NCBI RefSeq assembly: GCF_009914755.1
Contig: NC_060930.1
Length of the DNA: 64,000 nucleotides
Reading direction: 5' to 3' (one strand)
DNA from: the human T2T-CHM13v2.0 reference genome, Homo sapiens
The translations under genes and the position numbers were made by a program. Positions 1 to 13,763 of this stretch are shown here, piece by piece. Each line of letters starts with the position of its first letter. Position 1 is the stretch's first letter. The notes beneath the pieces are model-generated. The model ran no database searches. It was not told the DNA's origin and was given only the letters and a program-made list of their open reading frames with translations.

Positions 1-160
1 TACAGGTGCAGGCCACCATGCCCAGCTAATTTTTATATTTTTAGTAGAGATGGGGTTTCACCGTGTTGGCCAGGATAGTCTCAATCTCTAGACCTCGTGA
101 TCAGCCTTCCTCGACCTCCCAAAGTGCTGGGATTACAGGCGTGAGCCAGCATGCCCGGCC
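1..160 (-). mobile_element. Alu (AluS-type), cut by window start
   Basis: Reverse-complement Alu linker and left arm: ...ctaattttt...gtagagatggggtttcaccgtgttggccagg...ctcccaaagtgctgggattacaggcgtgagcc...gcccggcc ending at 160. Confidence 0.95.
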
Positions 161-3100
161 TTTACATATATTTTTAATCACTGTGGTAAAGTGTCATAAT
201 CCATTTCCCAAGTTTCTCAGGAAAAAGCGACTATTAAGCAAAATGCAATTATATATAATCACTAAGTGTGTGATCTCCAGATGCGTTTAAAAAAATTTAA
301 TGAAACTTATAAAAGTTCATAAAATTGAACTTGACAAACATCTGATTTTAATTTTTTTTTGGTATTTAATAGAGGTAATTTTAATTTAAACGATGAAGAA
401 TGTCAATCACTGGTATTTTCATGGGCCTAGGTATCATCTTGATACAAATACACAAAAGTGCAAACAGTAAGTTCTTTAAACTGACAGCTGTACTTATAAC
501 TTGTTTCCATCAAATAAAAGTGATAATATTTATAAATATGCCTAAATTATTATATCAAGCACATTTTAAATTTTTCTTATTAAAATTCATTTTAGAAGCA
601 TACATAAAATATTTAACACCATTGGGTGAATAGTTTTTTCTTATAGAATGTAAAGCTGTTAATTCAGTTTAATTATAGACTTGGTATACATAAATCACAT
701 TATTAGTTATTAAAAGATGAACTGTTTTGTATAACACAAAGCTTAATTTTAAAAAAAATTGATTGAAATACATCATATGCAGAATTTGAGAAAAAAAAAA
801 ACACAATTTAATACCCAGTTCCCATTTGCTTTGTAAAAATTAGGTAATTCAATTCAATGATCTTTAAACTGCCTTTTGAGAATTAATGAAACTAATGGTT
901 TTTGAGCTTTCATGTGAGGTCAAACCCTTTACTAAGTAACTTAACACATCTGAGTAAGTTCATAACTAATATTTAGGGAAAATTCAATTACACAAAAAAT
1001 ATAACTTATTTGTAACTGTGCACACAAAGGAGGAGCCAGACCACTCACCACTGTTTTTGACCCCTCACAGAAATTACCACTATTATATCATACTGTCTCA
1101 GTTTGGAATCCTTGACAAATCTAATGAGTTAGAGGGGGTACAAAGACAAAGAAAATGAAATAAATTGTTTCAGGGATAGGAGTGAAGGTTTTTCAGGTAT
1201 TATGAAAAGTAGACTATGTTTTTCTTGTACTTTTTCATCCACAAATTTCCCCTAATAGTTCAGATTAGAAGATATTGAGTATTTTCCTGTCCTTTCCTCT
1301 TTATTCTCCTTTATCATACCTTTGTCATCACATTCTCATTATTTTTATTATTTTGCTTTAGTTACAATTTTGTAATAAGAAATACTTTGGATAAGAATCA
1401 GAGTTACAACTTTGATGCATACTAGATATAAATAAAAACTACATTCTAGTGCCTTACTATCTGAAGTTTGTAAATTTTGGACAAGTGATAATCACATTTC
1501 TAATAGCATAAAATTAGTGTATGTAAGCATATCCAATCTATTAAATCAGAAACAGAAGTATCTAACTGTATCTTGTGATTATTCATAAGATAGTCAAAAG
1601 AAACCCTTTACTGAGATTTAGTGCATATTCAAGGAGTCACTGTCTATTTAGATCAGTGGTGGTAAGTAGTCATTTTAAACGTACAACAATAAGAATTTAA
1701 AACTAATCTTCTCTGTCCACCCACACCCTCATAAACCATAGTGGAATTAGGCATTTATGTAATTTCCGGACTGCCACACTGTATTATGTGCATTCAAAAT
1801 AGGCTTACATACCAAGAACCTTAGGGGACTGAATGTAATTGCTCTATTTAGAAGGTAGAATGCAGTTTAGGTCTTCTGTTCATAATGCATCAGGATTGTA
1901 CAAACCTACTATAATTTAAAGTCATTATTGAAATCTTCATAGCATGAGATAACTCCTTTTGCATCTTTGAGTGCCTTGGTATAAAGCTCCTTATGTTCAA
2001 GGACTATTCCACAATGGCATAGTTATTCAAATAATGTGTAGCACAGGAAAAATGTTCCATTGTTATTGAACACTTAGTAACTAAATGATCCACTAAACCA
2101 TGCTATATTTAAAAAATATGATTTAAACTTCAAGTTAGTAATGTATTTATATTCACTAAGCATGGAATATATACTGTCTCTTTCATAATTCCTTTCTGGG
2201 TAGACACAAGACAGCACACATGTTAATAAGTTATATAAGACTACGCACACTGAATATATCCCCTGGTTTGTGAGATGGATGTCTTATTAGGCTGTTGGGT
2301 TTCCCCCTTATCTGCTCCTTGTTTAGACCAGCAGTGTAGATTCTGTGTTCCGTGAGATACGAACAATGGAAAGCACTGGTAAAGTCAGTGTCAAGACGAA
2401 GTTTCCCTTAAAGCTTCTGACTTGGTTGACAACGTGTTCCCCATGAAGTTAATCTTTGTGTTACTTTCAGAGCATGCCAAATTTGATTTCCTTTGTCATT
2501 TCTGACAAGAAGCAGAGGAGTTCCCAAAGTTTTGCTCTACTGACAGCTGAGGAGGAAAACATAAAAGGCATTAATTAGGAATATAAATATGGTCTGTCTC
2601 TGAGAGTCTTAATCATAGGTGGAAAGTAGCTCTCTGGGATTAGAAAGTGCCAGATACATTTTGTCCTCAGGTACATGTCAAAGCTCACAATGCTTTCTCA
2701 GAGGCATAATGTTCTTCCTTTCATTCAGCTTATCTTTTAGTAGTTTATCCTTTTTATTACAACAAGGAATCAAAATTTCATGACTTAAACTTTCAGGCTT
2801 GCTCCGTCTGTTAAATCTTTAATATCTTTTAATTATTTGCATAATTAAACAGGAAGGAAAAGAGTGAGTAAATTTACATTTGTTGAGCAACTATTGTTCC
2901 ATGTTGACAAAATACTAAGCATTTAAATTAATGGAGAAAGTTCCTGAGGAGAGGATCAGAAAATTAATTATAACTCAACCCCATACAAATTCCTAGAAGA
3001 CAGAATAAAACACAATTGACAGAGAAAAATATACAAGACAATGAAAATTACACAAAACAATATACTGTTTCTTCAAGATATTTAATAATAATGTAAATAA

Positions 3101-3648
3101 TAATTGTCTTACCAGGCACATAGTTACTTTAATTCTTGGCCTCTCTTAATTTTCCACTCTATATGTCCATTTCTTCAAAGCTGCTCAACATTATATGTGC
3201 ATACTTTCATTTCCACCTGCTTTAAGGAAAGATTAAAATACACAGGTTTACAAATTTTAATTGCTTACAAATTAGGTTGACTCCATTCTCAAGCTGTAAA
3301 GAGAGCTTTAGAATGTTCAAAAGTAGCTTGTCCCTCAATGATTTTTAGCTGGGTTATTGCTAGGAATGTTTATTATAAACAAATAAATTGTCTTCAGGCA
3401 TGTAGATTTGTGTTAAAATGTATCTCATAGGGTCAGTTTTCTGACTAAGGTTCGTTCCTGAAACTATATGCCTGAATTCTTTCTTTCTTTAAACCATGGG
3501 ATTTTTTTTTAGTCTTGCACTTATAAACTAGGCTTCTACAAATTGATTATAATGATTATTTAATAATTTATTTTAATAAAGAAGGAACTATAATAGAATA
3601 AACTAAGCTAACCCTCCCATGTTAATGTGGTCTTTTGTATTTAAAAAC

Positions 3649-4024
3649 TCATATTATTTGGCTCTGTGTGCCCACCCAAATCGCATTGCAATTTATAATC
3701 CCCGCATGTCAAGGGAGGGACCTGGTGGGAGGTGATTAGATCATGTTGGTGGTTTCTCTCATGCTGTTCTTGTGATAGTGAGTGAGTTCTTATGAGATCT
3801 GATGGTTTTATAAGGGGCTCTTCCGCTTCTCTCTTCACTCTTCTCCCGCCTGCTGTCATGTGAAGAAAGTCCTTGCTTCCCCTTCACCTTCTACCGTGAT
3901 TGTAAGTTTCCTGAGGCCTCCCCAGCCATGCAGAACTGTGAGTCAATTAAGCTTTTTTTCTACATAAATTACCTTCATAAACATAAAAGTAGTTCTTTAT
4001 AACAATGTGAAAATGGACTAAGAA
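3649..4024 (+). mobile_element. ERVL-MaLR solo LTR (THE1/MST group)
   Basis: tttggctctgtgtgcccacccaaatc...gggagggacctggtgggaggtgattagatcatg...gattgtaagtttcctgaggcctccccagccatgcagaactgtgagtcaattaa...aaatggactaa; possible 5-bp TSD AAAAC at 3644-3648 and 4025-4029. Confidence 0.9.
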
Positions 4025-4229
4025 AAAACTATGCTTCATCCATGTCCCTACATCCATGTAGGATGAAGCATAGTTTTTTCTTAGTCCATAAATGACGAGT
4101 TAATGGTTGCAGCACACCAACATGGCACATGTATACATATGTAACAAACCTGCATGTTGTGCACATGTACCCTAGAACTTAAAGTATAATAAAAAATAAA
4201 TTAATTTAAAAAAAGAAAAAACTATGCTT
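4020..4229 (+). mobile_element. Very short 5'-truncated L1PA insertion with inverted L1 segment and fold-back, 17-bp TSD
   Basis: TSD aagaaaaaactatgctt at 4020-4036 and 4213-4229; L1PA 3' terminus aaatgacgagttaatgg...ccctagaacttaaagtataat plus A-tail at 4090-4212; antisense L1 piece gcttcatccatgtccctaca at 4033-4052. Confidence 0.9.
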
Positions 4230-4279
4230 TGTTTGACAGACTTAAAATTGAAAAAAATCAGAGCAAATATATTTAACAT

Positions 4280-4694
<415 letters not shown>

Positions 4695-4847
4695 TCAAAT
4701 CATGGGTCATTTATATAACACTTTGGATGGTCTTTTCAATAGATACGAAGGTTTTAGGGTTGAAATATACTTGGCTGCCACACTCATGCATTACTCTCTT
4801 CTTTTTATATTGATGAGTTTATTTTAATAAAACCTACTATTTCTTAA

Positions 4848-5180
<333 letters not shown>

Positions 5181-5229
5181 TGGAGTTCTTAATACTACAT
5201 TTTTAAACACTTTTCAATACTTTCTAGGC

Positions 5230-6307
5230 TTCCCTAGTCTCATTCTTATCCTAGTCTCTGAGATATCTCAACTTCCTACACACCTTCAACTATCAAAGTC
5301 TAATGATTAACTCACAAAGTCCTATTTTCTGCTCAGCTGTCTCTCCCATGTTCTAGCTTGCCACTTTTTAGTGGAAATCTATACATCAATGTCTTCCAGA
5401 TGCATCAAATGTGACTTCCAAACTGAAACTTTTCTTATTCCTTCTTCTCTTAATTCCTAATTTTAGTGAGTGGTATCATATTTCTCCCCTAAGACAGGAA
5501 TCTGAGGGCTATTTTTGACTTTTCCCGCTACCTCACCCCTCTGTACCTAATTGATAACAGAGTCCTGTTGACTGTGCCTTCTTGTCCATCATTATTAAAA
5601 TTTTCTCTTTCTCAGATCCCCTGCCTACCATTTTGGCTCTTTCTAATCCATTCATTGTATGTTGCTAGCATGATCTCGAAATTAAAATATGGTCATGCCA
5701 CTTTTCTGTTTCAGATGCCTTAGGGTGCCAAGATTGCAAGTGGACTCACAGGATTTATGAGACTTTCAGCACCTGACTAGTAGCTTCCTCCTCAAACTGC
5801 TTTCTAGGCAATTTTCTTACTCCTGCCAAGCTACAGTCATTGGGATTCATTTCAGCTCCACAGCTATGCCAGGCTCTGTCTCACTGCTTTACTTCCAACA
5901 GGCAGTGCTTAGAATATGTGTATATTTAGAATATTGTTTGCCTTCTCCTCTCCCTTCTCCCCATTCACTGACCTAACTTGAAATCAAACATGTCTTAGTC
6001 TGTAGGTCAATCCCCTTAAAAGACTTCTCATGATTCCCTCTTAACATCTCCTCTAGCTTGGAGTAGGAGTCCCTTCAACATGCTTCCATTGCACACTGTA
6101 TTTTTTTCTCATATTATCCATCACATTTTACTGAAATTTCTTATTTAGCCACTTACAAAGTTAATAGTTATTTTATTATATATCTCTACCATTAGATTAC
6201 CATCACCATTTGAGACTTTGTTGATCTTTTCTTAAATTGTGTCTCCTTTGCCGAGGGCAGTGACCAGGTATAGGTGCTCATGTTAATATTTATTGAATAA
6301 ATTAATG
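5230..6307 (+). mobile_element. L2 (LINE-2) 3' portion, highly diverged
   Basis: Pyrimidine-rich L2-like body ending in an L2-type tail taggtgctca...atatttattgaataaattaatg (~6270-6307). Confidence 0.6.
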
Positions 6308-6439
6308 GCTGAGTGTTGGTAAGCTCAGTTAATTCTGAACAAACAATATATTCAGGCATCATTGGCTAAATAATATGCCCACGGTAAATATATTAACCGC
6401 CTCTTTATTAAGCAACCTCAAATACTAAACACATTCATT

Positions 6440-7870
6440 AGAAACTGAAAGTTTCAATTTACAGAACAACTGGAATGTACTAAATAATAAAGCCTCAAAA
6501 TATATAGAGCAAAAATGTCTAAATTCCAGAGAAAAATTTGCAAAGATACACTGCAGTGGGAAATTTTAACACACATCTCACAATTATTGATAGTTCAAAC
6601 AATTAAAATTAGCAAAGTTTTCAAAATATTTAAAATGTGTATATAAAATGTTTGATTTATTGGAGGTTGTATTTCTATAAAATATCACTTCGTAAAACTG
6701 ATTTAAGAAGAAATCATAACATAGCACCTAGAAATAAAAAACAGCAAAACCTTCATAAATATAAAAATATAAAACTTTATTTAATACATTATAGTAATGT
6801 CTTCATATCTAACAAGATTTCATACCATAAAGATGTCATTCTCTCCAAACTGATGAATAAATGTAATTTAAATGAGATTATTTGATGACTGATGATAATA
6901 CAAGTACTCCTGAAAAAGAAAAATAGGAATAAGTCATAGAGCTAATTAAGTCCATGACCTATTGGCACAGGAATAGAGAAGTACCAATGGAATGGAATAG
7001 AGATATCAGAAACAGTTTTACGTTTGACACATAAGGAAGATGGCTTCGAAGATCACTTGGGAGTGGATCAATCAGGAAACAAATGGTGCCAGGCCAATTG
7101 CATATCCATTAAAAAATAATTGCAGTGGGCTTCCTAACTCACACCATACATCAAAATTGCTTCTTCATAGATTCAAAGCTTTAATGTTATGTTAAAATGG
7201 TAAATAAAAAAGAAGGGAGTCAATGAAATGAACTAGCACTTTATAGAAGGGGAAATAACTACCCATATGCGTATAAAAAGTATTAAACTTCGTTAGAAAC
7301 CACTGAAATTGTAAAACATCCATATTATAATATTATTTAGTACACACTTAATTTTTGCAAAATTTAAGGCATCTGATAGTTTCAAACATTGAGTGGTGAC
7401 TTTTACGCAATGTTTATGACAGTGAAATTTGTTATCATATTGGATACAACTTATCACTCTCTTAAAATTGTGGATCTTCTCATTATCTGTAGAAATTTTA
7501 CTGGGCATATATGCCAGAAATTCTGGAAGATGCATTAAGAAACCTACCCAAGAATGTTCATTGCAATATTGTTCACAATAGCAAAATCTGAAAATACCTC
7601 AAAGTTCCCTCAACAGGAGATGGATAAATATGCATCTTTTTAAAGAATAAAATATTACAAAACAGTGAAAGTAGGTATATATGCCTATAGTAAAATTTCT
7701 AAAGAAAGAGAATGAAGATAAGAAGAATCAAGAGAAATAAAGGAAATTAAAAAAAAGTTTAAATAGTGGTTATCTTTTGAAGGGAGGCAGGGGACAATGG
7801 AATAGGGAATGGACATGTAAATTTGATGATTTTGATGATATTCTGTTCTTTGGTTGGATTATAGGCTTTT
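6440..7870 (+). mobile_element. Ancient L1M fragments (ORF2 and 3' region)
   Basis: Endonuclease-region remnant (gcagtgggaaattttaacacacatctc, GDFNT-like), later ORF2 motifs (tattggcacaggaataga, ctcacaccatacatcaaaatt) and L1M 3' UTR-like sequence. Confidence 0.7.
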
Positions 7871-7889
7871 ATTTTGTTGTGAACTTTAT

Positions 7890-7985
7890 AGCACATATAT
7901 ATCTATATACATATACATACTTCATAGTATATATATATATACACACACATATACACACATATATGTATATATTTGTATATATTGC
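7890..7985. repeat. Degenerate (TA)n/(CA)n microsatellite
   Basis: catatatatctatatacatatac...tatatatatatatacacacacatatacacacatatatg. Confidence 0.85.
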
Positions 7986-8896
7986 ATATTTTATTTTATA
8001 TTAACTGATATTTTATGCCATGTAAGCAATTTAAAAATCATGCAACATGTGATTTGCTTTCATATTCCCAACTAAGCAGTACCAGCACATAGTAGACTCT
8101 TCATACATATTTGATAAACAAAGAATGAACTATTAAACATTTATAGTGGAAAGAGAAAGACTTTACAATACTCCAGAAAAAGGAAGGCAAAATACTGTAG
8201 AACAATAAAGCATTTTGATTGAGAACAATGCCCAATTTAGGACATAAAAGAAAGTATATGACTGACAGGCATCTCTTAAACCACTGAGTCCATTTAGCCG
8301 GATGTCATTTCACTTCTAGGGAAAGACTGCTGTAGAGCTCCTCATATTCATAATCTTAAAATCTCCTTGTAAGGGCAAAAAGACTAAGGTCAAATAAAAA
8401 TAAACATCATTAAAATCTAAGATACAGGATTTATTCATAAAGGATGTAAGAGGGAATTCAATTCATAAAACAACATTTTCAGACAAAAGGCCATAAGTTT
8501 TGGGATTCTTTATGAATTATCAAATACTCTTTTAAGTTACTAAAGAAAAATGCTAAGCATGCTTTTAGGTAGATCAGAATTCTGTGTACCAAGATATCAA
8601 TTACCCCATTTTTATTTTAGGTTCACAAAGGGAAGTTAAAATTAATTACTATGTTTTTGTGAATGCTACAACTTGTTGAAGGCTTGTAAATAAATAATGT
8701 TCAACTGATAATTCAAACAAAAAGCTTTTATCAAATGGATATATTTCTTTTGGGTGGTTTAGCAAATGTGTGATTTGCTTGAAATTCATGGCCAAGTCAC
8801 AGAATGAGCAATATTACAGTCTAAAAATATGCTTCTCACAGAAACCATGAAACATGGCTAAGTCTTTCACATCACCACCCAGAAAACCTTTACTAC

Positions 8897-9100
8897 ATAG
8901 CTTATTGGTTAAGAGCTCTTCTCCAAAGCCAGACTACTTCAGTCCAAATCCTGGTTCTGGAAGAACCAGCTGTATTAATTCGGGTGAGTTAATTAATTCT
9001 TCTTTGCCTTAGTTTCCTCATCTGAAAGTGGGAAATAATAATAACACTTAATTCATAAAGTGATTGTGAGAATTGATATCTAATACATGGTAGAAAGTTT
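8897..9100 (+). mobile_element. MIR
   Basis: tggttaagagc...ccagact...aaatcctggttctg...gccttagtttcctcatctgaaagtgggaaataata (MIR core). Confidence 0.85.
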
Positions 9101-11809
9101 TTAAAAATTCTGCAAATATTTTAATGATGCTATTATAAACAGAAATAAGTTGTCAACGAGCGTAAAATATTATCTTCTGAATCTCTGTTAATATTCCCAG
9201 ATACAATGCTTGGCAAATGGTGGACATTTGGTAAAGAATTATACACTGAACATATTTCTGTATACTGTTCATTATCAATTTTCCAGTGAAAGATGAAAAC
9301 CTACTAGCACTGATTGTAAAGGACAAAACAACCTTGAGAGAGAGCTGGGACTGGGGATAGGGCAAGAGTGAGTTGAGGTGCATAGCAGAAACGTTGTAGG
9401 TATTCTCCCCTTTCTACCATATTGTCATCTCTACACTTCACAGTGATAAAAGCTAAGAGACTATTGGGAAATTCGTTAATGCCTTGATTAATTCAAACAG
9501 CATTCATTCAGAAGGTTCTAGACAAGAAACACTGTTCTGTGGTCAGTAAAAAAATGATGTTCCAGTTCTCAACGAGTTGTTGCACAGACAGGTAAATAGG
9601 AAATCAGAAATGTATCATTTTTTTCACAATTTTTCTAAAAAATACAACTGATTTTAACCTGCCAAAAGTAGGGAACAGGCTGAATACTTTCTCTTCTATT
9701 ATCCCATATCTAGGCAGATAAACAAATTACCTTATCCTAAAATTTATTTGCCCCATGGTGGTGTCTGGTGGTGAGACAAAGGGGAAATCCCATAGAGTTC
9801 TGAACAGCTACCTACAGAATACAGAAAAGTTGCTCTCACTACAGGCATTTAGGATTTTTCTGGTATAGAATGTACTTCTTTATCTTTTTCTCTTTTTTAA
9901 AATTATGAATTATCATCAATTATTAAGGCCAGAGATACTAGTTCATACTACCTTTCTAGAGCTTTAGCTAATATGCTGTCATAAAGATTACTTAATGTCG
10001 GAATCTTGGTGAAAACTGGGTCACATAAACTCACCATTTCTTCCACTTAACACATACTACATAGAATATTTATAAGATTAAAACTACATAGTATCAAAAA
10101 TGAGCATGTGTATGTATGTCCACATGATATGGTCATTCATGGTATTGACTTAAATAGTATACGCTGCTGGATTATATTTAGTGCAAAGTGAATTTAATAG
10201 CTATAATTGCTCATACCATTTCCTGAGGTTAAGCCAGTTTTTTTTTTAAAGATCTGAATACTGCAGATACTGAATTCAATGTTTGTTCACTTTTAATGGA
10301 GATTTTATTACACCATCTTTAAAAAGCTATTCCACATGAAAATATCGTTGATACCCTACTCCCTTTCTTCTCTGCAGCTATCAACCCTGAAAAGGGGGAT
10401 ATGAAGCAGCTTCCAGAAAACATATACAAGATTAAAAAGCTGAAAGTTGCCTTTGCTAATTCGCAGTATGCCATGAAATAATTATGCATGTGCTAACTGG
10501 CACTTTTCGCTTTTTGTGTGTGCTTCAACACTCAGTTTTCAGTAGATCATTTAGAGCGGATCAGCATTCTTCAGAAACTAAAAACACAACACAAGGCAGG
10601 GCAGCACGGCCTGATGCGAAAATAATGCAGCCCACAAAGGTGGTCTTTGTAAGACTTGAGGACATGCTGGTGTCTGTTTCTGAATTGGCAGGCTCAATGC
10701 TTCCCCTAGTGTCTGCTCCTGAAATACTAAACTCACCCGTGTTGCAAAGCAGGACTCTAAGACACAAGTAGGCTTTTAAGGCACCAAAATAAGCTCCAGA
10801 ACAAGAATTCATTTTACAGATTTTGGTGAAATCTCTCCTGTAAAGAAGCTTGATGTTGTGCAGTGGGTTTTGGTGAAAGCCCATTCAGTTTGTTGACTTT
10901 TTTATGGGGCTAATAACTCCTAAGTTTCAAAGTGGTAATTAGAATAATGGGGACCTTGACATTTTCTAGAAATTTATTGAGTTCCCTTATTGCACTCTAT
11001 TGAGTCTTGAGCTGTTTTATTAACAGAGGACAACTACAGCATTTTACACTTAGTTTTAATTTCTTCAGGCCAATTTTAAAAATAAGTTACTTTGAAGTTT
11101 TATAAACTATTTTAAAAGTGACTTTATTAGTATCTGAAAATATTTTCTACTTAAACAAAACCTTAAGGATTTACACCTTATCTGGTTACCACACTGCATT
11201 CAATTTTCCATCTTTACCGTGTACAGTAGGCACCCTGTGAACTTTAGCATTGGACATTAAGTGATCTAAGCTGTCACGTCCCATTTAAATAAGGGTCTAA
11301 TTCCAATGGCTAGATAAGCTAATATTCTAGCTCCTTCTTTCTTTTCAAATTCAGTGCTTATGGTGTCATTTTAATTCTTTTTGTCATTTTCAAAATTTCT
11401 TTCTCTCAATTTATAATTACCACATTCCTCAGCCATCATGGAATCTGCTGGAACGTTCAGTGTTAGAATGGTGAGGCAGCACCTTATTTTTGAGGCAATT
11501 CAAAATATTATAAAGCACTGAATTATTCTGCTGCTACTATGCTACATATTATTATTATTTACAGGGAAGTAAGAATGAATTAAGGTTTTCTATAACTGCA
11601 CGTTTAATTGAAGTTATTATACATTCCTCCGCCCTGTAATTGCAAAGAAAACTTCAGCATTTTCTGAAGGAATCCCAGTTCTTTTCTATCTTATTCTCTT
11701 TATTGTTACATGTAGACTTTTTTTTGTTTATTTTTAGATGTGTGTCTATACTATTACACTTATACTCTGTATTTGCTTTTTAATGTTTCTGTAATAATGA
11801 TGTGCTCTA

Positions 11810-12015
11810 CCATCTATATATATAACATATATAGATATTGTCTATATAAGTTGACTGTAGGGCACATCATCATATATAATATAGACAATATATTTAATAC
11901 ATCATTATATATGTATGTGTATATATACAGACTATAAAGCACATCCTATATATATGCATACACACATATATTACATATAATACTATGTATAGCACATATA
12001 ATACCTATATATAGA
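11810..12015. repeat. AT-rich degenerate (TA)n low-complexity tract
   Basis: Repeated tatata/cata units over ~200 bp. Confidence 0.75.
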
Positions 12016-12069
12016 TTTTGCACTGACGCCCTTTCAAGTTATTTTCCCTTTTGTCCCTTACTAGCCCCC

Positions 12070-12165
12070 TAGGTGGTGAATGACTTACCCAAGTTCATAC
12101 CACTTTTACATGGCAGGATGGAAACACAGAGTCAGGGTCTCTAACTTTAAAGTCTCTATCCTTTT
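12070..12165 (-). mobile_element. MIR fragment
   Basis: gaatgacttacccaagttcatac...tggcagg...cagggtctctaactttaaagtc resembles the reverse-complement MIR 5' half. Confidence 0.6.
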
Positions 12166-12739
12166 CTTTTTTATGGATCCATTTCATATTCAATAATAGA
12201 GTATTGCTTTTCATGTATGTGTTTTTTCCATCTTTAAGAATTTAGTGCAAACTTCCACTAGAGGCCAGATGATACCACTAACTTTCCAAAATGTCCTTCG
12301 CAGTGGCACATTTGCCTATAAAGAACAAATTTTTCTGTTTTAAGCCATGAAGGCACTGACTTGCAAAATTAACTGGAAATAGGTGTACGCCTACCTTGTG
12401 AAAGGAATATATTTCAATACAGAATAAGACAACTGGAAATCCCAAAGAGGAGGAAAACCAATGTGAATGTCAGCTAATAACTGAGGGTAGAAAAATTTTA
12501 ACAGTAACTGAAATTAAATGATTTTCTTACTTAGCTTACTGTTGCTAGGTGTGGTGGATGAGAGAGATGAGAAAATGCCACGTTGTGAACGATTGACAGT
12601 TGTTCTTTAATACTAATGTCTTTTACCTTTATCTTTATATGGATAGACTATATTCCTTTTTTTCTGTGGTTTTCTCCTCTTGTTTTCCACAATTAACAAT
12701 AGAATGGAAATTTTTATGTATAAATGAATAAGTTACTTA

Positions 12740-12983
12740 TTATTATTATCATCATTATTTAGATACAGGGTCTTCCTCTGTTACCCAGGCTGGAGTGCAG
12801 TGGTGAGATCTTAGCCAACTGCAGCCTTGAACTCCTGAGCTCAAGCGATCTTCTCGTCTCAGCTTCCTGACTAGCTGGGACTACAGGTGCACACCGCCAA
12901 ACCCAGGTAATTTAAAAAGTATTTTGAAGAGACAGGGATCTCACTCTTTGCCAAGGCTGGTCTGAACCTCCTGGCCTCAAGTG
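12740..12983 (-). mobile_element. AluJ, 5'-truncated, with (ATT)n tail
   Basis: agatacagggtcttcctctgttacccaggctggagtgcagtgg...ctgcagccttgaactcctgagctcaagcgatc. Confidence 0.9.
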
Positions 12984-13400
12984 CCTCTAATTCCAATATG
13001 TCAACGTTATTTCTATTTTCTAAACTATGTTTCACAGTTACATTTGTGCTTCATTTCTTAAACACATGTGCATTTTATTAGGTATCCTGTTATTTTTATT
13101 TACTATTATTTAAGAAAGATGTGTTAATAGCAAGTGGTTACATTTAATTTAATTGCTTTATTGTCATATTGAAACATTTTTTCACATTGTATTTTTTATG
13201 TATGCTAAATCGGTAGACTAATAGCTATATCACAAATTCTCAAATTTCTCAGGAATTGGCACCTCACTGTTGCTTTTGCAGGAGGCTGCACTCTGTAACT
13301 TATTCCTCCTTTGTTTTGTCTAGTTTGAAGGTGAAATAGATTTTACTCATCTGTGGGAGAAAATAGGTTTCAGGTATTGGCACCATATCGTTTTTGCTTC

Positions 13401-13451
13401 AAATAAGGCAGTAAATAAGGGAGTAAATAAGGTAGTAAATAAGGGAGTAAA
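13401..13451 (+). repeat. 12-bp tandem repeat, 4 copies (AAATAAGGNAGT)
   Basis: aaataaggcagt aaataagggagt aaataaggtagt aaataagggagt aaa. Confidence 0.95.
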
Positions 13452-13697
13452 AGGGGGCACTATAAGTAATTAATTCTGGGTGATAGATTTAATCTTTATT
13501 TTATAGGGAAAAGTGGGATATAAAGTCACTCTACTTTTAAATAAGTATTATGTTCTTTTATAACCTTTTCTATTAGCTTCTAGAAAGGCACTAGAGACTC
13601 TAGTTCACAGATGCCACACTCTCAGCACCATCAAAGAGGAGGTGCTATCCACTTGGTGAAGAGTATGCCAGATTTGGCTTTCAAAGAAGCAGACATC

Positions 13698-13763
13698 CAT
13701 GTATACATATGTAACAAACCTGCACGTTGTGGACATGTACCCTAAAACTTAAAGAAAAATAAA
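13698..13763 (+). mobile_element. Orphan L1PA 3' terminus (~60 bp)
   Basis: catgtatacatatgtaacaaacctgcacgttgtggacatgtaccctaaaacttaaag plus A-rich tail. Confidence 0.9.

Noticed and set aside
2327-2670. Plus-strand exon pair 2327-2378 and 2471-2670
   Set aside because: Acceptors are plausible but donors (gtaaag, gtacat) are weak, and no recognisable peptide results; consistent with pseudo-exons.
4013-4089. Pre-miRNA or MITE
   Set aside because: The arms are fully explained by flank, TSD and L1 sequence, with no separate TIR/TSD structure. Hairpin processing cannot be excluded but has no support here.
10484-10884. Overlapping 95-aa (+) and 107-aa (-) ORFs as single-exon genes
   Set aside because: No recognisable domain, and lengths are attainable by chance in a GC-richer patch. 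Only the splice-bounded sub-segment is kept as a hypothesis.
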